Source: Blepharisma stoltei ATCC 30299 (lineage: Eukaryota; Protista; Ciliophora). From it: 64,000 bases of DNA. The translations under genes were made by a program, and so were the position numbers. The stretch spans positions 1-64,000 of the forward strand of contig CBFDEM010000031.1 in the NCBI GenBank assembly GCA_965603825.1, in the 5' to 3' direction. Each line of letters begins with the position of its first letter. Position 1 is the stretch's first letter. Of the stretch, positions 1 to 13,446 are shown one piece after another. The notes under the pieces were generated by a model. The model saw nothing but the letters and a program-made list of their open reading frames with translations. It searched no databases and was not told where the DNA came from.

Positions 1-3000
1 TAAACACCCAACACCCTAACACCCTAACACCCTAACACCCACCTACACCCTAACACCCTAACACCCTAACACCCTAACACCCTAACACCCTAACACCCTA
101 ACACCCTAACACCCTAACACCCTAACACCCTAACACCCTAACACCCTAACACCCTAACACCCTAACACCCTAACACCCTAACCCTAACACCCTAACACCC
201 TAACACCCTAACACCCTAACACCCTAACACCCTAACACCCTAACACCCCTAACACCCTAACACCCTAACACCCTAACACCCTACCACCCTAACACCCTAA
301 CACCCTAACACCCTAACACCCTAACACCCTAACACCCTAACACCCTAACACCCTAACACCCTAACACCCTAACACCCTAACACCCAAACACCCTAACACC
401 CTAACACCCTAACACCCTAAACACCCTAACACCCTAACACCCTAACACCCTAACACCCTAACACCCTAACACCCTAACACCCTAACACCCTAACACCCTA
501 ACACCCCTAACACCCTAACACCCTAACACCCTAACACCCTAACACCCTAACACCCTAACAACCCTAACACCCTAACACCCTAACACCCCTAACACCCTAA
601 CACCCTAACACCCTAACACCCTAACACCCTACACCCTAACACCCTAACACCCTAACACCCTAACACCCTAACACCCTAACACCCTAACACCCTAACACCC
701 TAACACCCTACCCCTAACACCCTAACACCCTAACACCCTAACACCCTAACACCCTAACACCCTAACACCCTAACACCCTAACACCCTAACACCCTAACAC
801 CTTAACACCCTAACACCCTAACACCCTAACACCCTAACACCCTAACACCCTAACACCACCCTAACACCCTAACACCCTAACACCCTAACCCTAACACCCT
901 AACACCCTAACACCCTAACACCCTAACACCCTAACACCCTAACACCCTAACACCCTAACACCCTAACACCCTAACACCCTAACACCCTAACACCCTAACA
1001 CCCTAACACCCTAACACCCTAACACCCTAACACCCTAACACCCTAACACCCTAACACCCTAACACCCTAACACCCTAACACCCTAACACCCTAACACCCT
1101 AACACCCTAACACCCTAACACCCTAACACCCTTAACACCCTAACACCCTAACACCTACACCCTAACACCCTAACACCCTAACACCCTAACACCCTAACAC
1201 CCTAACACCCTACACCTAACACCCTAACACCCTAACACCCTAACACCCTAACACCCTAACACCCTAACCCTAACACCCTAACACCCTAACACCCTAACAC
1301 CCTAACACCCTAACACCCTAACACCCTAACACCCTAACACCCTAACACCCTAACACCCTAACACCCTAACACCCTAACACCCTAACACCCTAACACCCTA
1401 ACACCCTAACACCCTAACACCTAACACCCTAACACCCTAACACCCTAACACCCTAACACCCTAACACCCTAACACCCTAACACCCTAACACCCTAACACC
1501 CTAACACCCTAACACCCTAACACCCTAACACCCTAACACCCTAACACCCTAACACCCTAACACCCTAACACCCTAACACCCTAACACCCTAACACCCTAA
1601 CACCCTAACACCCTAACACCCTAACACCCTAACACCCTAACACCCTAACACCCTAACACCCTAACACCCTAACACCCTAACACCCTAACACCCTAACACC
1701 CTAACACCCTAACACCCTAACACCCTAACACCCTAACACCCTAACACCCTAACACCCTAACACCCTAACACCCTAACACCCTAACACCCTAACACCCTAA
1801 CACCCTAACACCCTAACACCCTAACACCCTAACACCCTAACACCCTAACACCCTAACCTACACCCTAACACCCTAACACCCTAACACCCTAACACCCTAA
1901 CACCCTAACACCCTAACACCCTAACACCCTAACACCCTAACACCCTAACACCCTAACACCCTAACACCCTAACACCCTAACACCCTAACACCCTAACACC
2001 CTACACCCTAACACCCTAACACCCTAACACCCTAACACCCTAACACCCTAACACCCTAACACCCTAACACCCTAACACCCTAACACCCTAACACCCTAAC
2101 ACCCTAACACCCTAACACCCTAACACCTAACACCCTAACACCCTAACACCCTAACACCCTAACACCCTAACACCCTAACACCCTAACACCCTAACACCCT
2201 AACACCCTAACACCCTAACACCCTAACACCCTAACACCCTAACACCCTAACACCCTAACACCCTAACACCCTAACACCCTAACACCCTAACACCCTAACA
2301 CCCTAACACCCTAACACCCTAACACCCTAACACCCTAACACCCTAACACCCTAACACCCTAACACCCTAACACCCTAACACCCTAACACCCTAACACCCT
2401 AACACCCTAACACACCCTAACACCCTAACACCCTAACACCCTAACACCCTAACACCCTAACACCCTAACACCCTAACACCCTAACACCCTAACACCCTAA
2501 CACCCTAACACCCTAACACCCTAACACCCTAACACCCTAACACCCTAACACCCTAACACCCTAACACCCTAACACCCTAACACCCTAACACCCTAACACC
2601 CTACACCCTAACACCCTAACACCCTAACACCCTAACACCCTAACACCCTAACACCCTAACACCCTAACACCCTAACACCCTAACACCCTAACACCCTAAC
2701 ACCCTAACACCCTAACACCCTAACACCCTAACACCCTAACACCCTAACACCCTAACACCCTAACACCCTAACACCCTAACACCCTAACACCCTAACACCC
2801 TAACACCCTAACACCTAACACCCTAACACCCTAACACCCTAACACCCCTAACACCCTAACACCCTAACACCCTAACACCCTAACACCCTAACACCCTAAC
2901 ACCCTAACACCCTAACACCCTAACACCCTAACACCCTAACACCCTAACACCCTAACACCCTAACACCCTAACACCCTAACACCCTAACACCCTAACACCC

Positions 3001-3750
3001 TAACACCCTAACACCCTAACACCCTAACACCCTAACACCCTAACACCCTAACACCCTAACACCCTAACACCCTAACACCCTAACACCCTAACACCCTAAC
3101 ACCCTAACACCCTAACACCCTAACACCCTAACACCCTAACACCCTAACACCCTAACACCCTAACACCCTAACACCCTAACACCCTAACACCCTAACACCC
3201 TAACACCCTAACACCCTAACACCCTAACACCCTAACACCCTAACACCCTAACACCCTAACACCCTAACACCCTAACACCCTAACACCCTAACACCCTAAC
3301 ACCCTAACACCCTAACACCCTAACACCCTAACACCCTAACACCCTAACACCCTAACACCCTAACACCCTAACACCCTAACACCCTAACACCCTAACACCC
3401 TAACACCCTAACACCCTAACACCCTAACACCCTAACACCCTAACACCCTAACACCCTAACACCCTAACACCCTAACACCCTAACACCCTAACACCCTAAC
3501 ACCCTAACACCCTAACACCCTAACACCCTAACACCCTAACACCCTAACACCCTAACACCCTAACACCCTAACACCCTAACACCCTAACACCCTAACACCC
3601 TAACACCCTAACACCCTAACACCCTAACACCCTAACACCCTAACACCCTAACACCCTAACACCCTAACACCCTAACACCCTAACACCCTAACACCCTAAC
3701 ACCCTAACACCCTAACACCCTAACACCCTAACACCCCTAACACCCTAACA
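1..3750 (+). repeat. Telomere, (CCCTAACA)n
   Basis: Near-perfect 8-mer tandem array from the window start to 3750, with scattered 1-3 nt indels. CCCTAACA is the heterotrich (Blepharisma/Stentor) telomere unit, and the C-rich strand at the 5' end is the correct orientation for a chromosome end. Confidence 0.98.
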
Positions 3751-3759
3751 CATATATTA

Positions 3760-6700
3760 TAAAGAATCTAGGCAAATGTCGTTACCTGATAAGATGAATC
3801 TGAAATTATTTTTGATGTAATTTCTATCAGCTTTAGACTGAAGGATGAATTTTCCCAATTTAAAAAGTTATTATCTAGAAGGTTATTTTTCATTATTCTG
3901 TAGTTAGAAAAGGAAGCTTATCAGAATGCGATTTAATTAAATTCCTTTGCGGATTTTGGCTATTAAGATTTAGAAGGAAATTAGCTGAAAAAGTAGAAAA
4001 GGATTTTGAATATAAATCCAAACATTGATAGAGCAATTATTGATTCAATACCAAGAGAAGATAGTTTCAGTCGTCAATAATATGGAAGCTAAATCAAGAT
4101 AAAATTATAGATATGATGGATAAGCTAGAACACAATTTTTATTACTTTAAAGAAATGCTTTCAAATAAAGTGAAGGAATCGGAAAAATGATCCAAGGATA
4201 ATGAAAAAAAAAATAATAGTCATATTTTCGCTTAAGCCTACTAATATCTAGCCATGCAAAATAAAGCACAAAGAGTAAAGATCTAAATATTACAAACACT
4301 GACCAGGGAATTTCAAGATTCATTGATTTAAATCTGTCTTTCAAATTCCCTTTGAAACTGATGAGTAAGGGGGAATCATTATCAGTCCTGGAATTTCATA
4401 AGCGCAAGTTGCCACACCTTCGATTTAAAAAATGTTCCACAAAACTTAAAAGAATACTGGCTGATTTGCTGAAGATAGACAGAGCAAGTCATTTTTAAGT
4501 CTTGGTCGTAAACATCATAAACAGCCACAACACTTTCATTGATGAGTGGGAGGGTTATTACTGGGCTAAATATCGAGTTGGTGTTTTGAGAAATCCCGAC
4601 TTGGGCTAGGTTTGATTTATATTGATCAGAATACTCAAATTTACTGTCTACTTGAGTGTCCGGGCTAAAGGGATTCAGGGTAAGAACATAAAGCAAATAT
4701 ATTGCGAAATCTGGATTCTTTGAAGTGTCAATATTAAATTGAGCATCATTATTAGGCTTAGATGAGTTATAACTGATACGATCAGATATAGAACGCCCAT
4801 TATAACTGACACGATCAGATATAGAATGCCCATTATAACTGACACGATCAGATATAGAATGCCCATTGACAGAAAAGCAAGTCGGATTGAATTTCATTTC
4901 AGTGAAGCTCACTGGCTGCTCATTTGGGTTTATCGGAATTAAGTACTTTAAGCTTGCTTCGCTATAAGTCTTATTAATCAAACTATGAACTTTTATTTCT
5001 GAAAGATCGCTTGAATTATTTTCAAGGAGCGAGTCAAGGTTTTGCATACAAAATCAATATTTGGAAGGGTTTCATATAAGCTAAGTGTCTAAAACTTTGT
5101 TTTTTTTAAAGCACTGTCTTGAGTGTCATGCAATTTCACCAAAGTTGTTTCGTTTAAAACTTTAATACCTCCCGAGCAAAATATTGACACTCTCAATGAA
5201 TTTACTGGAATCCGACAAGCTTGTACCTTTCATAGAAATGTTCATCCATTTATCTAGTGCATCAACAGAGTTAGATATGCTGGAATTTATTTCTTCTTCA
5301 TCATCATTAGTCGTATTCGATATATAAAGGCCTGTAGCAGTTATGGAAGAAATAAGCAGGCTTGAGTCCATAGTCTCAGTCCCATAAGCCACCAAATTTT
5401 CAGGAAGCTCTTTATAGAAATACTGCCTGTGCTATATGGATGAACTATTGATTCCACTTCAATAAAAGTCCCATAGGAATCATAGACTCTGCCAAGCAAA
5501 GTTGCTTCCCCTATAATTCCAAGCTTTATTGTGAATTTATTTTCTCTTGTTTTCGGTATTAACACTCTGGTGCTGTTTTCCAATGTTATGAAGATTTAAT
5601 AGGATAAAGGCTCATGCCTTCAGGATCGCTCCATCCTGAAAATAAATCCCAAATTCAGTTTCTAAAGCAATTCCTTTAGAATTGTAATCAATTTCGAAAG
5701 TTACTTCATTTGGTGGGCAGTTAGCATATCTTTTTTAGAGACATTTTGTTTTTGCATAAGTTTCTTTATCAATTTTTATGACTGAAAATTTATACTCTCT
5801 TCCAGGAGTTAAACTGCTGGGGTATTGTAGGAGTAAAGTCAGATTATTGGCTTCTCCCCAAGAAATTACTGTGCTCATTTCGTTTTCTACATGGGCAAGA
5901 ATTCTCACAGAAAATGATCAGTCCAAAAATCGATATTTTGTTATGATATAAACTTTCGAAGCAATTCTTGGTGAAACATTACCTAATGATTTTCAGTGAC
6001 TGGCAGATAATCAGTCAAACTGATAGTAAAATTACAAATAAAGTAACTATTCTTATTTCCAAATTAAAAGAATTCCTAGCAATTTCAACAAATTTACCAT
6101 AAATGCAACTTTTTTCAGTAAATTTCACAGATCACTTCTCTTAGGGATATTCCATCGCTTCCGTATGTTGAAGTTAAATTAACAGTAATATATAGAGTTA
6201 GAATATACCGTCGTGTTTACACCTAAAACCATCAGATTAGGAGACGGCGGAGTAGCAACAACTTTTACACTAGCAGAGCGAGTATAAGTGGCACGATTGA
6301 ATTGTACGTTTGCAGTCACAACATATTCACCACATTTAGAAAATAAATAAGTAAACTCAACACTTGAGGTGCTATAATCTTTACTTTCAGACAACTGTCT
6401 ATTGCTTTTTGCAACGCTTCAATAAATTGAAGGATTTGGATCTAATTCTATGAGAGTGCCTTTTTGATACTGGAATTTTAATTTTAATGGTGCGTCAGCA
6501 CCGAAATTGATGGTTTCTTTATTATCTATAGAAATGGCTACTTCGTCGTATATCATGTTTACTGAAGTGGTAGATGAATAAGATTGACTGAATTTGTAAG
6601 TTACGGTTAAAGTTACCTCGAAGTAATTATGATATTTTGCGCTCTCGCAACTTTCTAAGGTAATTTAGAAATTCTTTGTGTTATATCACCATAATAGCTT

Positions 6701-8455
6701 AAAAACTTGCTTAAAGATCATTTACATGAAAGATTTCCCATTCCCGCCTATTGAGATCCGTCAAGAGTCAATTCGCAAGAGCAGCAGATCAAGCGGATTT
6801 GAGTAATTCTAGCTTTTGGCTGAGGTTGTTTTTCCCCTTGATACTCATAGTGATATATGCAAGATTAGTTTTATTACTATTTGAGCCAGCAAAAACTTAT
6901 TCAGTAAATGTCAAGGATTTTGCACTGTCTTGAAATAGCCTAGATAAATTTCCAGTTCATTTTCAGATATTTTGAAACAAGAAACGCTTTTTTCGAGGAA
7001 GATTATTGAGTCTTTTGGCAATATTTGATCACATTGAGCAGATAAGCATTTCTCATCTTGGCAAAATTTCTCTGAGAAAACTAATTGATTATATAATTTA
7101 ATTTGAGATAACTTATCTCAAAATAATAATTTATGTTTATCAATTCTTGATAGACCATCAAATACTTCGAAAAATCATCATAAAAAGCGTTAAAAGATAT
7201 AGGATATGAATATCCTTGATACTGAACTTGGACAACTGAAGGGTTGTTGCTAATGCTGTAGCTTGGATCAATAGATAACGTAAATGAGCATGTAAAATTT
7301 TCATTGAAAGGGCCTAATGAGCATTTATTACTGCTTAGCAAAAAAACTGTTCTATTTAATAATTAAACACTCTAAATGGTATTAATAATAAGTTCTCAAC
7401 TTCAGTTTCCTTCAATGACATTTTCTTGAGGTATAGAATAAACCAATATAGCTAAGGGCTGTTCTCATAAGGAGCCCTAATACAATTAAGTCTATCTCAA
7501 TAATTCTCAACACAGATTACATTTTTTAACTCCTGAAGCATGAAGAATGCATTCAAAGCAATTTGCTTTTCCAAAATTGGGGCATATAGCACATAAAGGA
7601 TCTTGGCAAATATTACAAGTATCATCTCTTATGCACCCTTTATTGCAAGAAATGGGGCAGCTTTTGCATTTATCATGCTCCACTGAATAAAATTCATTTA
7701 TCTTGCACGGAGATAAGCAATCTCCTAAAGAAGATCCACAAGTTTTAAGGCTTTCCGAATCTTCAAATTTATTTCCGCTATTCTTTCATATTTGAAGCTT
7801 ATATAAAAACCCTTTAAAATGAAACTTTGAACTTTTTCTTATAGATTCAGCCTTTAAAACTAATTCCTAACGTTTGAAAATCTGTCTTGCAGGGTTATTG
7901 ACAAAGTTGCATTACTTGCTAATAAAAATCTTCTCCTACTCAAGAATGTCTCCGTTTCCTTGGTTTCAAATTCCCATCAAAATCAAAAAAGTGTGAGAAA
8001 AATAATAAGACTGCTCGTTTGGAGAAATGCAAAATTCCAATCAAAAAGAAACCCCTGCTCTTTGCTATCACTGATCTTCATTTTCAGGTGAATTAAAAGG
8101 GTTATATGAAGCCTTATTAGCCCCAACAATAATTTTTTCATAAGTTTCACTAAATTATGCTTTGAATTTAGTTAGGTATTGGTATAAATAGGCATTATCT
8201 ACTAATTTCCCTTTCACGAATTCTAAACAAGAGAAATATTCTTGGCCTCTGCAAGTTGAGCATCAATACTCACAAAAGAAGTCACAGCCATCTGTGGTTA
8301 AAATAGCATTAGCGTCACAGGAACAATTTTGGTCTTTTATTATGAGCTTTTTGCATATATTTGTAGTAATTTGAAGGATCAGAAAGCCTTGAGTATTCTT
8401 GACAGAGCTGGTCATTACACAATAAGCAGGATGGAATCTCGCACAGGTAGTTTCG
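3760..8455 (-). pseudogene. Disrupted large Cys-rich (TNFR/furin-like) plus REJ-domain membrane protein
   Basis: Minus-strand fragments: GDCLSPCKINEFY...CNICQDPLCAICPNF (~7500-7740), REJ-like ANCPPNEVTFEI...GIALETEF and GWSDPEG (~5600-5730), and a hydrophobic TM segment at 4147-4344. Many frameshifts and in-frame TAA/TAG. Boundaries are approximate. Confidence 0.65.
4767..4867. repeat. 33-bp tandem repeat x3 (NGHSISDRVSY)
   Basis: TTATAACTGA(T/C)ACGATCAGATATAGAA(C/T)GCCCA is repeated at 4767, 4800 and 4833, in frame within the 4382-5047 ORF. Confidence 0.95.
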
Positions 8456-11400
8456 CTATGATGAAGGTAAGAGTGCCAAAAGCAGCTTTTATGTTTAATC
8501 TAATGTAAAACTTTGTCTTATCAAAGGTCCTGAAGTAGACTAAGCCTCTTAAGAAGTTAGCCATTATTGTGAAAAAAGAAAGGAGCTCATAAAAGTTCCC
8601 TGCAGCGCCAATGATGCTTCAGACGTAGCTTAAGATCAGCTTTGATATGTCTAGGCAGTTTAATGAATCCAAAAAGTAAAATCGTTTCGATTAATAAAAA
8701 TGCAAAAATTCATAAACCAGCAATAAGAAGTTCACGATTCAGAATGCAATAAAAGCCCAATGTCTGCATCCCCATACATTCCAAGCATTCAAGTTAAGAA
8801 GGCAATGCTTAAAGCATAAATAGCTGTTAAAATGGCATTAAATTCCTTTAACAAGTCTCATTTCATTCTGATAACTGATTGGATAAAAGCAGTTGTATAT
8901 ATTTCTATAATCAGGCATTTGTGGATAGCTCGCAAGAATTTTAGACTATCCCTTGATATATCTTTCAAAATCTCAGCTTAGAGAGCTGGTTCAATTTGCA
9001 CTAAGAATGTACGATTTTCATGAATAGTCCTTTGCAGCTTTCTTCGAGGAGAAGCCAAAAATATGAAGTCTTTGCTTTCCATTTTCTGGAACCCTGATTC
9101 GAGAAAGGGGAGCATTTGAGGAGAGTGAGCGTCGAGAAGTTTGACAATATCGTCTCGTAAGGCATGCATCGACTGCTCCAAGACATCATAAATTTTACAA
9201 TTTATAATACTATTTAGATGGTGAAGAAAAAGCATTCTCAGGATTGCCGCTCGATTGCGTAATATAAAGAGCTCCTATTGAAATTGTCCCGAAACATTGC
9301 CGCGCCTAGGTCTTGAGCTTTTCTTAATAAGTCAGCCAAGTCATAGAAGCTGTAGTAAAGAAGGAAGTTTATTTTCATCGGGCCAATTTCTGCAGCTATC
9401 ATAGCAGTTTCAGGGACGACCCTGTTGATAAGCTTTTTCATGAAAATATGATTTGATATTCCTGAATCATAGCCATAGACCTTCAATGAATTTTTCTTGC
9501 TTAATGCGTTTTGTTTTCGAATAACAACTTCGCCAATTTTTCATACCAGGACTGTTTTATCATTCGAAGGCGTCACAAAAAAATTATCTTTGCCTGCTAT
9601 TTTTATGCAGCAAATGGCAAATTCATGCCCTTTCAGAACTCTCTCTTGCCTTCTTTCTTTGATATTCCAAACTCTTACAGTGCAATCGCCGGATCCCGAA
9701 ACTATATATTTGCTAGTCATTTGTACATTTCTATGCGTCTCACTCTTTTTTCGTGTTCTTTCTAAACAGCGACCTGCATTCTGCTCATAAAAATCCCAAA
9801 TTCTGATTGTTTTTTCATTTAAGCTAGAAACTATGAACTTTTGGTTCCTTGTCAGCTGAAGATACTTCACTTCATTTTTATGCTCTTTCAAGATCTGTAG
9901 CAAGCTCAAGCGTAAACAAGCTCCAAATGATAATATTATTATCATCTCCTCCAGAAATTGCAAAATTATTATCTTTTGATAATTGAAGGCAGGTAACGTG
10001 GTCTTCGTGGCCAATTAGTACTGCGCTTTCTCAAGAGGTTTCGATGTTACACACTCGAAGAGTGTAGTCTCTTGATGCTGTGATTATCTTTTGGCAAAAT
10101 CCTTAGTTATCAAGAGAGCAGTATGTTGTCAGCATGCCCAGATAAGACACTTTCGTTGTCTGGCTCAACGACATTCCAAATTCGGACTTTATTGTCAAGC
10201 GATGCAGAAACTATATGGAAACTGCTTTCTTGTGGTTCCTCACAATTTCATGTTGTTAAGCCTTCAAATTTGCAGCTTGTCTCTCTTTACTGATGCCGAT
10301 ATGAGAATTCTACTGTCAGGTGATAGAGATAAAGCTGTGACCTCTCTTTCATGGCAGCTTAAATGGGCAATTTTCCTTATGCTTTTCTGAGTTTCATATC
10401 ATAATTGTATTATCTGGCGATCCTGCGGAATAAATAGGCCTGCCGTCTTTTGTGATCTGCGAATGCCTTACTTCGCCTTCATGCCCAGAGAAAGCAGTTT
10501 CCTTTGGCCACTCTTCAGTTCTCCAGATCCTAATAAAATAGTCATATGATCCGCAAATAATAAGCCTATTGTTTGCAGTGATTTTCAAAAATTTGTGTCG
10601 GGCATTATTTCCCTCGAGCGAGTTAATATGCCTTTTGGTATTTAAATATCAAACTCTTACTGTAGAATCAGTAGAAGCTGATATAACATACTTGCTGTCA
10701 CTTGTGGCGTCTATACAAGTTATGCCATCTTCATGCCCTTCTAGATTGAATTTTTCATTTGGGTCTGAAATACTTCATACCCTAATAATGCTCCAGAATT
10801 TTTTCCTTGAATTCGAGTTTGGAATCCTCAATCCCTTATAAATACGCAGAGGGAAAGTTGACAATGACGACAGCCTTTTTGCAATCACTTGCCATCTGGA
10901 GAAAAGAAATGGACTCGACCTCAGTGATTGCTTTGATGACAGTCTTAGTCTTCACACTTCAAAGTCTGCAGGTGCCATCGAGATAATAAATTTCGAGTTT
11001 TCAGTGATTTTCACCAACTTCACCTTATCAGTGTGCAAAAAAGTCAGCTGGTTGTTATCAAGGCTCATATGTACACAGATGCATCAGCAGTGCTAGCTGC
11101 GATTAAATTGGTTGTTGCAAGATATATCCAAGGTCAGCACAGAAGAATAGAGTCCACGCTCGAAATCCAATATTCATTAAGAAGGTTCCAAAACTTGACT
11201 GTTCCATCATAGGTCCCTGAAGCCAGATAGCGATGAATGGCTGACGTATTTAGGCAGCTGATCCCTGTAGAGTGCTTGCCATTAACATATTCAAAATCAG
11301 AGTTTCACATAAATGAAAGGCATTTTGCATCAAGCCAAATTTCTTCAACATTTTCATCATTTACTGCAATTTCTTTTTCAAGTAAGCCTTCACGATTGGT

Positions 11401-11541
11401 TTCTAAGTCTATGAGTTTAATTTCACCTAATTTTGGCTCCTATTACACAAAGGTTGTCAGTAGTTGTGATGCTTTCAAAAGGAATATTAAATATTTGTGG
11501 CTTGAGAAATTCATTGCATTGTCGATATCATATATTGCCAT
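8455..11541 (-). pseudogene. Disrupted WD40-repeat plus TRP-like ion channel gene, 3'-truncated
   Basis: WD40 fragments KYIVSGSGDCTVRVWN...LKGHEFAICC and CGSYDYFIRIW...FSGHEGEV. Channel-like TM segment FYFLDSLNCLDISKLIL...NFLRGLVYFRTFDKTKFYIRL at ~8470-8690. Multiple frameshifts and stops. Confidence 0.65.
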
Positions 11542-12169
11542 AGCCAACGTAGAAATCATTTAATAATATATATATTAATGAATTTTAACAATAAGTTTAT
11601 TTATAGTCTTTATAGAGTAGATAGTGCTTCTTAGTTAAAAAAGCAAAATCTGAATAGATTCCACATATCCTTTGCTTTTTCCCCATATATATAAACACTG
11701 ACAATCTGTCTTTAAGCGCAGTGGCTAATTAAATTCTTCCATTTAATATTAAATTATAAAGTGGCTTTGCCTGAACCGGAATATGAAATGCTTTTCACAA
11801 ATTTGCTTATAATTTTATTTAAAAATTCTCATCATTAGCCTGGATTTTATGATCTTTAAATAGCGTATTTTCTATAAAATTAGAGCTCAAATCAAGTCTG
11901 TAGATGAGCTAAAATTCACGAATTTCGATTTCTTAATAAAAAGACTGCTGCCTTCATAAAGATAAATCGATACCTGCATCACTGGATAAAAGATTAATTC
12001 AAGTAATGGTTCTAATCTATAGCGAAACACTAGATTTAATAAAAAATTATTTTTATTAGGGAATGTGAACTTTGGTGAATTCTTATACTTAATTAGGAAT
12101 TCCGATAATCTGAAGATCAAATGCTAACTAAGCATGCGTGGTTAATAAAATATTTTAAAGAAATAGAAT

Positions 12170-12600
12170 CATTCAGCGGCTCAAGATTTTCAGAGGCAAC
12201 TCAGCTTAAACCCGTTTTTCAGCAGATTGGGAAAAGCTTTTTCTCTTAGAGCTAGCAAGTTTGAAGACTTAGCCTTTTCTGAATTCAAGATGATCTCCAT
12301 CTCTAGAAATTTCCAGCCAATTGCCGACACTGAAGCTGCTGAATTTGACTTCTCTTCCGTCCCAGTCCAAGCTAATTGGACCCATAAAGGAGCTCTTGCC
12401 CAATTAATGAGGAAGCTACTGGTTATTCTAAATACTGAATCTATTGAAGGTGCATAGTTTTTGGCTGGGCACATCTTGAATTCTCTATAACAGCGACAAT
12501 TTATGGATTACTCTTGTGGAACGAAGCCTGCAAGGGAGTTTGCTTGAGAGCTTCAAGTTCATTCAAAGCGCTAAACAATATAGGCTCTGGGTCTTAATCT
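12170..12600 (+). pseudogene. Papain-family (cathepsin L-like) cysteine protease fragment
   Basis: SKFEDLAFSEFKMI...SSVPVQANWTHKGA...ESIEGA*FLAGH resembles the C1A prodomain end and mature N-terminus. The catalytic QGxCGSCWAF segment is missing and there is an in-frame TAG. Confidence 0.55.
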
Positions 12601-12719
12601 TCCTTCTTAAAATTATAATTGATAAAATTACTGCATCTTTTCCTTTTTCTTCCTTGGCTCTGTGTATAAAACGTCTTCTTAATCAAAATTAAGAAATTTG
12701 CCGATCATAATCATTTCTT

Positions 12720-13140
12720 ATTAAATATAAAATACTTTAGGGGGATTCATGAAGCCCGTGTACTTCTTATATTGTTCCAGTCTACTCTATTAAAGAAAGA
12801 TGTACTTTGATTTCTTCAATTTCCATAAGAGCCAAGCCGATCTCCAGCCTCACACAATAATTTTCTTATCAAATCACAAGTGGAGTGCCTCAGCTCGCTT
12901 CTAGTGATATTGAAAAAATGCTTCTCAAGTGCAAGATTCTTTAGCAAGCTATAAATATCTTAAAAGAAATGAGGATGCATGATTATTTAAAATTAAATAA
13001 CACCGCACTCCATCAGTCAACTGTTTAATAAATCCCTTTTCAAACACTTCTGGAGCTATATAGTCAGGAATTTTATAGTTGAGTAAGTCAGGGCTATGCT
13101 CCGCTCATTGTCTGCTCGCCTTTCCATATATGGTTTTGGC
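12720..13140 (-). pseudogene. AGC/NDR-type protein kinase fragment
   Basis: PDYIAPEVF (subdomain VIII) at ~13040-13067, followed by frameshifted remnants of the C-terminal lobe (EEIKVH). No N-lobe found. Confidence 0.55.
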
Positions 13141-13446
13141 TCGACTTCTTGCTTAAATTTGAATGCCAAATATATCCTGGATATCACTTAATTTAAAAAG
13201 CCCAAAATCAGATAATTTTATATTGCCATCTCTACTAAGAAAGAAATTATCTGGATTGATATCTCTATGTATATAGTTTAATTTTTGCAGTGACTCTACA
13301 GCTAAAAAATCTTGGAAATATAAAACTTAGCAAGAAGAATATCTCTTTTAATTAAAACATCATTAAGTCAAATAATTATAGCTCTTCTATAATAATTTTA
13401 TTATAATTATAATTTTGCTTTAATAAACTAACACCATAATAATTGT

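Noticed and set aside
4767-4867. CRISPR-like array
   Set aside because: The repeats are contiguous with no spacers, in frame within a eukaryotic gene.
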